A stretch of DNA of 49,917 bases from Catajapyx aquilonaris (taxonomy: Eukaryota): positions 1 to 49,917 of the forward strand of contig KZ538747.1 of assembly GCA_000934665.2 (NCBI GenBank). Reading direction: 5' to 3'. Of the stretch, positions 47,301 through 49,917 are shown one piece after another (positions within the stretch are counted from its first letter, which is position 1; each line of letters starts with the position of its first letter). The position numbers and the translations under genes are program-made. The notes below the pieces were generated by a model. The model was not told where the DNA came from. It did not search any database and worked only from the letters and a program-made list of their open reading frames with translations.

Positions 47301-48201
47301 CCTACCTTTTTGGGTTCATGTTTGATGTTGTATCATGTTTCAGGAAGGTGGAGTGTGGCAGGGTGCACTTGTTTGTGTTAGGGCTGAAAGGTGCGAGACA
47401 AGCTTGGCTGGGGGGGATTATGTAGAGTTGGAGAAGTCCAAGTTGCAGGTGTGTGAAATGTTTGTGCAGGGCCATATTTGGGGGTGATAAACTAAGCTGA
47501 AAGGTGTATTAGCAGGTATACTCAGGCCAGTGTGTAGCAAGCGAAGAATGTGTTGTGCAAGGAAGAACATTTGCAAGATGTTGGTTTCTGGCAGTTATTA
47601 ATAAAATGTAGGCAAACCTCACTTTATGGTGCTTTGCTAATGCAACGCTTTATATTTTTATTATTTTCTATGCCAGCCTTGCTCTTGCAGTGCATGTGCA
47701 CATCAGCTGAACATTTCAAATGTGTATTATATATTTCCTTTTACATCATTTTTAGGCCTGATGCTATTGCGTATTTCATATACGACAAACATGTTGGAAG
47801 GCTTTTCTATGCATTAGTAAGTGAAAAAAAAAGCTTGTGATTTGCTTTATGGTGGTGGCTTGGAACCAAACCTGCTGAATTAGCGAGTAGAAAAAACAAA
47901 CCAGAAGTGGTATTTCATTAGTTGACATTTTGGGGCTGTAGCAGTTTTGCGGAGGGCTCTGATGGATAGCAATTACTTGGGTACAGTGACATGAGGGATA
48001 AATGATACATAACCGTCAATCTCACGATATTGACATGTGACACTCAAAATTGTTTACCTTAATATGCAGGTGGCACAAGTCTTGAAAAATTCATCAAACC
48101 TACAATAACCTACACTACATTAAGTCTAACCAATCGTTAAGGAGGTTGGAAAGTGCGGAATGGTTACAGTTTATGTATAAATATTCCTATAGGCCTACTT
48201 A

Positions 48202-48907
48202 TGTGGTCGATTTGAAAAGTTTTGCCTCCCATGGGATAATTTCAATAATACATAAGCTGTATGACTGGTGGTGAAAGCTTGGAATGTCCTCTACCAGGGG
48301 TCTTCAATCCCTTTCCACTTAGTCACCATCCCTATCCACACGTATGCGCCAACGTCGGACCAGTTGTTGCATCCCGTCTGAGAAAAATCAGGCGTCTTCT
48401 CCTGGCACCAGCAATGCACATCTGCTTGCACCTCCACTGGTGTAATGGTGTGTCGGCAGGTTTTCTTTCAGCTTTAGGAAAAGGATCCAGTCACAAGGTG
48501 AGAGATCCAGGCTGTGTGACATTTCAGATGCTGCAATGAATCTTGCATTTGTCGACTCATGTCATGGTGTAAGATTGCCATACACGCAACTTGGATCTCT
48601 CACCTTGCGACTGGATCCTTTTCATAAAGCTGAAAGAAAACCTGCAGACACACCATTACACCAGTGATATGGAGGTGCAAGCAGATGTGCATCGCTGGTG
48701 CCAGGAGAAGACACCTGATTTTTTCAGACGGGATGCAACAACTAGTCCGACGTTGGCGCATGTGTGGATAGGGATGGAGACTAAGTGGAAAAGGATTGAA
48801 GCCCCCTGGTAGAGGACATTCTAAGCTTTCACCAGACAAGCAGTTTATGTATCTTGTGTATTATAGAAATTATCACATAAGAGGCAACACTTTTCAAATC
48901 GACCTCT
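48202..48907. mobile_element. Fold-back element made of two inverted mariner 3' ends
   Basis: Arms of ~310 bp, each carrying the transposase C-terminus (DLSPCDWILFIKLKENL...VHRWCQEKTPDFF) and a TIR GGTCGATTTGAAAAG; TA flanks; ~80-bp spacer. Confidence 0.9.
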
Positions 48908-49038
48908 TACATTTAAAAATAACTTGCAAATTTGTAAATGGTTTTAGTGGGACAATCTGCTGCAGTCTTGGACTAGATGCCTCATAATATAGGACATGTC
49001 TTGGGCAGGGAGCTCTGGGAATCAGTGTAATTATCATA

Positions 49039-49411
49039 CAGGGTATTTCTTACTGGTATGGCCAATGTCCGTCAGAGTATTCCATGGGCCAAAAAAGTCG
49101 AAAATGTAGGGGGGCGAAATGTCGAGGGACCACCCGTTAACGAGGTAGATGACCAGAAATATTGGCCGGTGGTTGCCTGAGGAGCAGGATATGAGCATGA
49201 AAATCATGACTGTTGGGGTTTGCAAGGTCACCGTTTTCACAGAAGTGATTATCAGCACTCATATTCTGGCCCCTAGGCAATCACTGGCCTATGTTTCTGG
49301 CCAACTACCATGTGAATGGTTGGCCCCTCGACATTTCTCCCCCTTACATTCTCGAATTTTCTGGACCAAGGAATATGCTGATGGCCGTTCATACAAGTAA
49401 GAAGCACCCTG
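49039..49411. mobile_element. Tc1/mariner-type MITE with ~95-bp imperfect TIRs
   Basis: CAGGGTATTTCTTACTGGTATG ... CATACAAGTAAGAAGCACCCTG; related to 4965-5178. Confidence 0.8.
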
Positions 49412-49850
49412 TCTGAGCTGAAGGAGGGGGTGCAAGCAGCATCTCATGTAATGGGCATTTAGGAGTTCCAAAAGTCATCATATTCATGAACTTTAGCCCT
49501 GAGATGGGACATTTCTAGTGCTGGAATGTGGCTCATCGAACTCAAGAATGGTTTATACTAAATGAGGGAATGGCACCTGCAGAATGAGTCATGAAGGTGC
49601 ATTCATTTGACTGGTAATATTGATACAAGGGGAAAAGTTCTATGAACTCTATGTCAATGGGTCTTGGTTCAAGAGTTATGAGATAAAAAAGTTTCAGGCT
49701 GGTCTGTCATTAGGGTTGTGGGAGTACTTATGTAATCAAACACTCTTGCTGCACAGGCTAATGGGTCCTCTTGAAGTCAATCAGGCTGTTAGGACTCAAA
49801 TGCTTTTTTCACTTTTTTTTTTCATTATTATTCCTGCTAAGTCTTCTCTA

Positions 49851-49917
49851 CAGTGCTGGCCATATATCGAGGCAACCGCCAGCGACATTTTTTCGAAGCG
49901 GCAGAGGAAGGCATCGA
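49851..49917. mobile_element. Possible start of a Tc1-like element cut by the window end
   Basis: TA|CAGTGCTGGCCA with an abrupt switch to CpG-rich sequence; the second end is not visible. Confidence 0.35.

Noticed and set aside
1..49917. CRISPR array, operon or other prokaryotic system; poly-G/C tracts as a functional signal
   Set aside because: No regularly spaced repeat-spacer array; the genes are spliced eukaryotic genes; most G/C tracts contain Ns, so their lengths are unreliable.

Overview
Eukaryotic (invertebrate, probably arthropod) genomic DNA, not prokaryotic. Three spliced genes can be rebuilt in frame. (1) A + strand BTB/POZ + 2xC2H2 zinc-finger gene, join(1034..1461,9502..9681,11474..11969), 367 aa. 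(2) A - strand INSM1/nerfin-like SNAG zinc-finger neural transcription factor, join(19501..19961,18892..19444), 337 aa. (3) A - strand Claspin, join(43005..43388,35990..36174,33035..35906), 1146 aa. A CpG-rich, probably bidirectional promoter lies near 46.3-47.3 kb. Introns and intergenic DNA are packed with transposons: mariner and Tc1-like relics, MITEs of the pogo/Tigger, Harbinger, hAT, Kolobok and piggyBac types, Helitron-like elements, several tRNA-derived SINE families and many fold-back palindromes. I found no clearly new enzymatic system. Best leads: an E-box/CRE composite enhancer and miR-279/bantam/miR-305 sites around the INSM gene; an SP/SQ tandem repeat and a displaced DSGxxS degron in Claspin; a segment resembling mammalian MER2/Tigger3; and a fold-back element built from two mariner 3' ends. 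Family assignments come from motif recognition and memory, not database searches.
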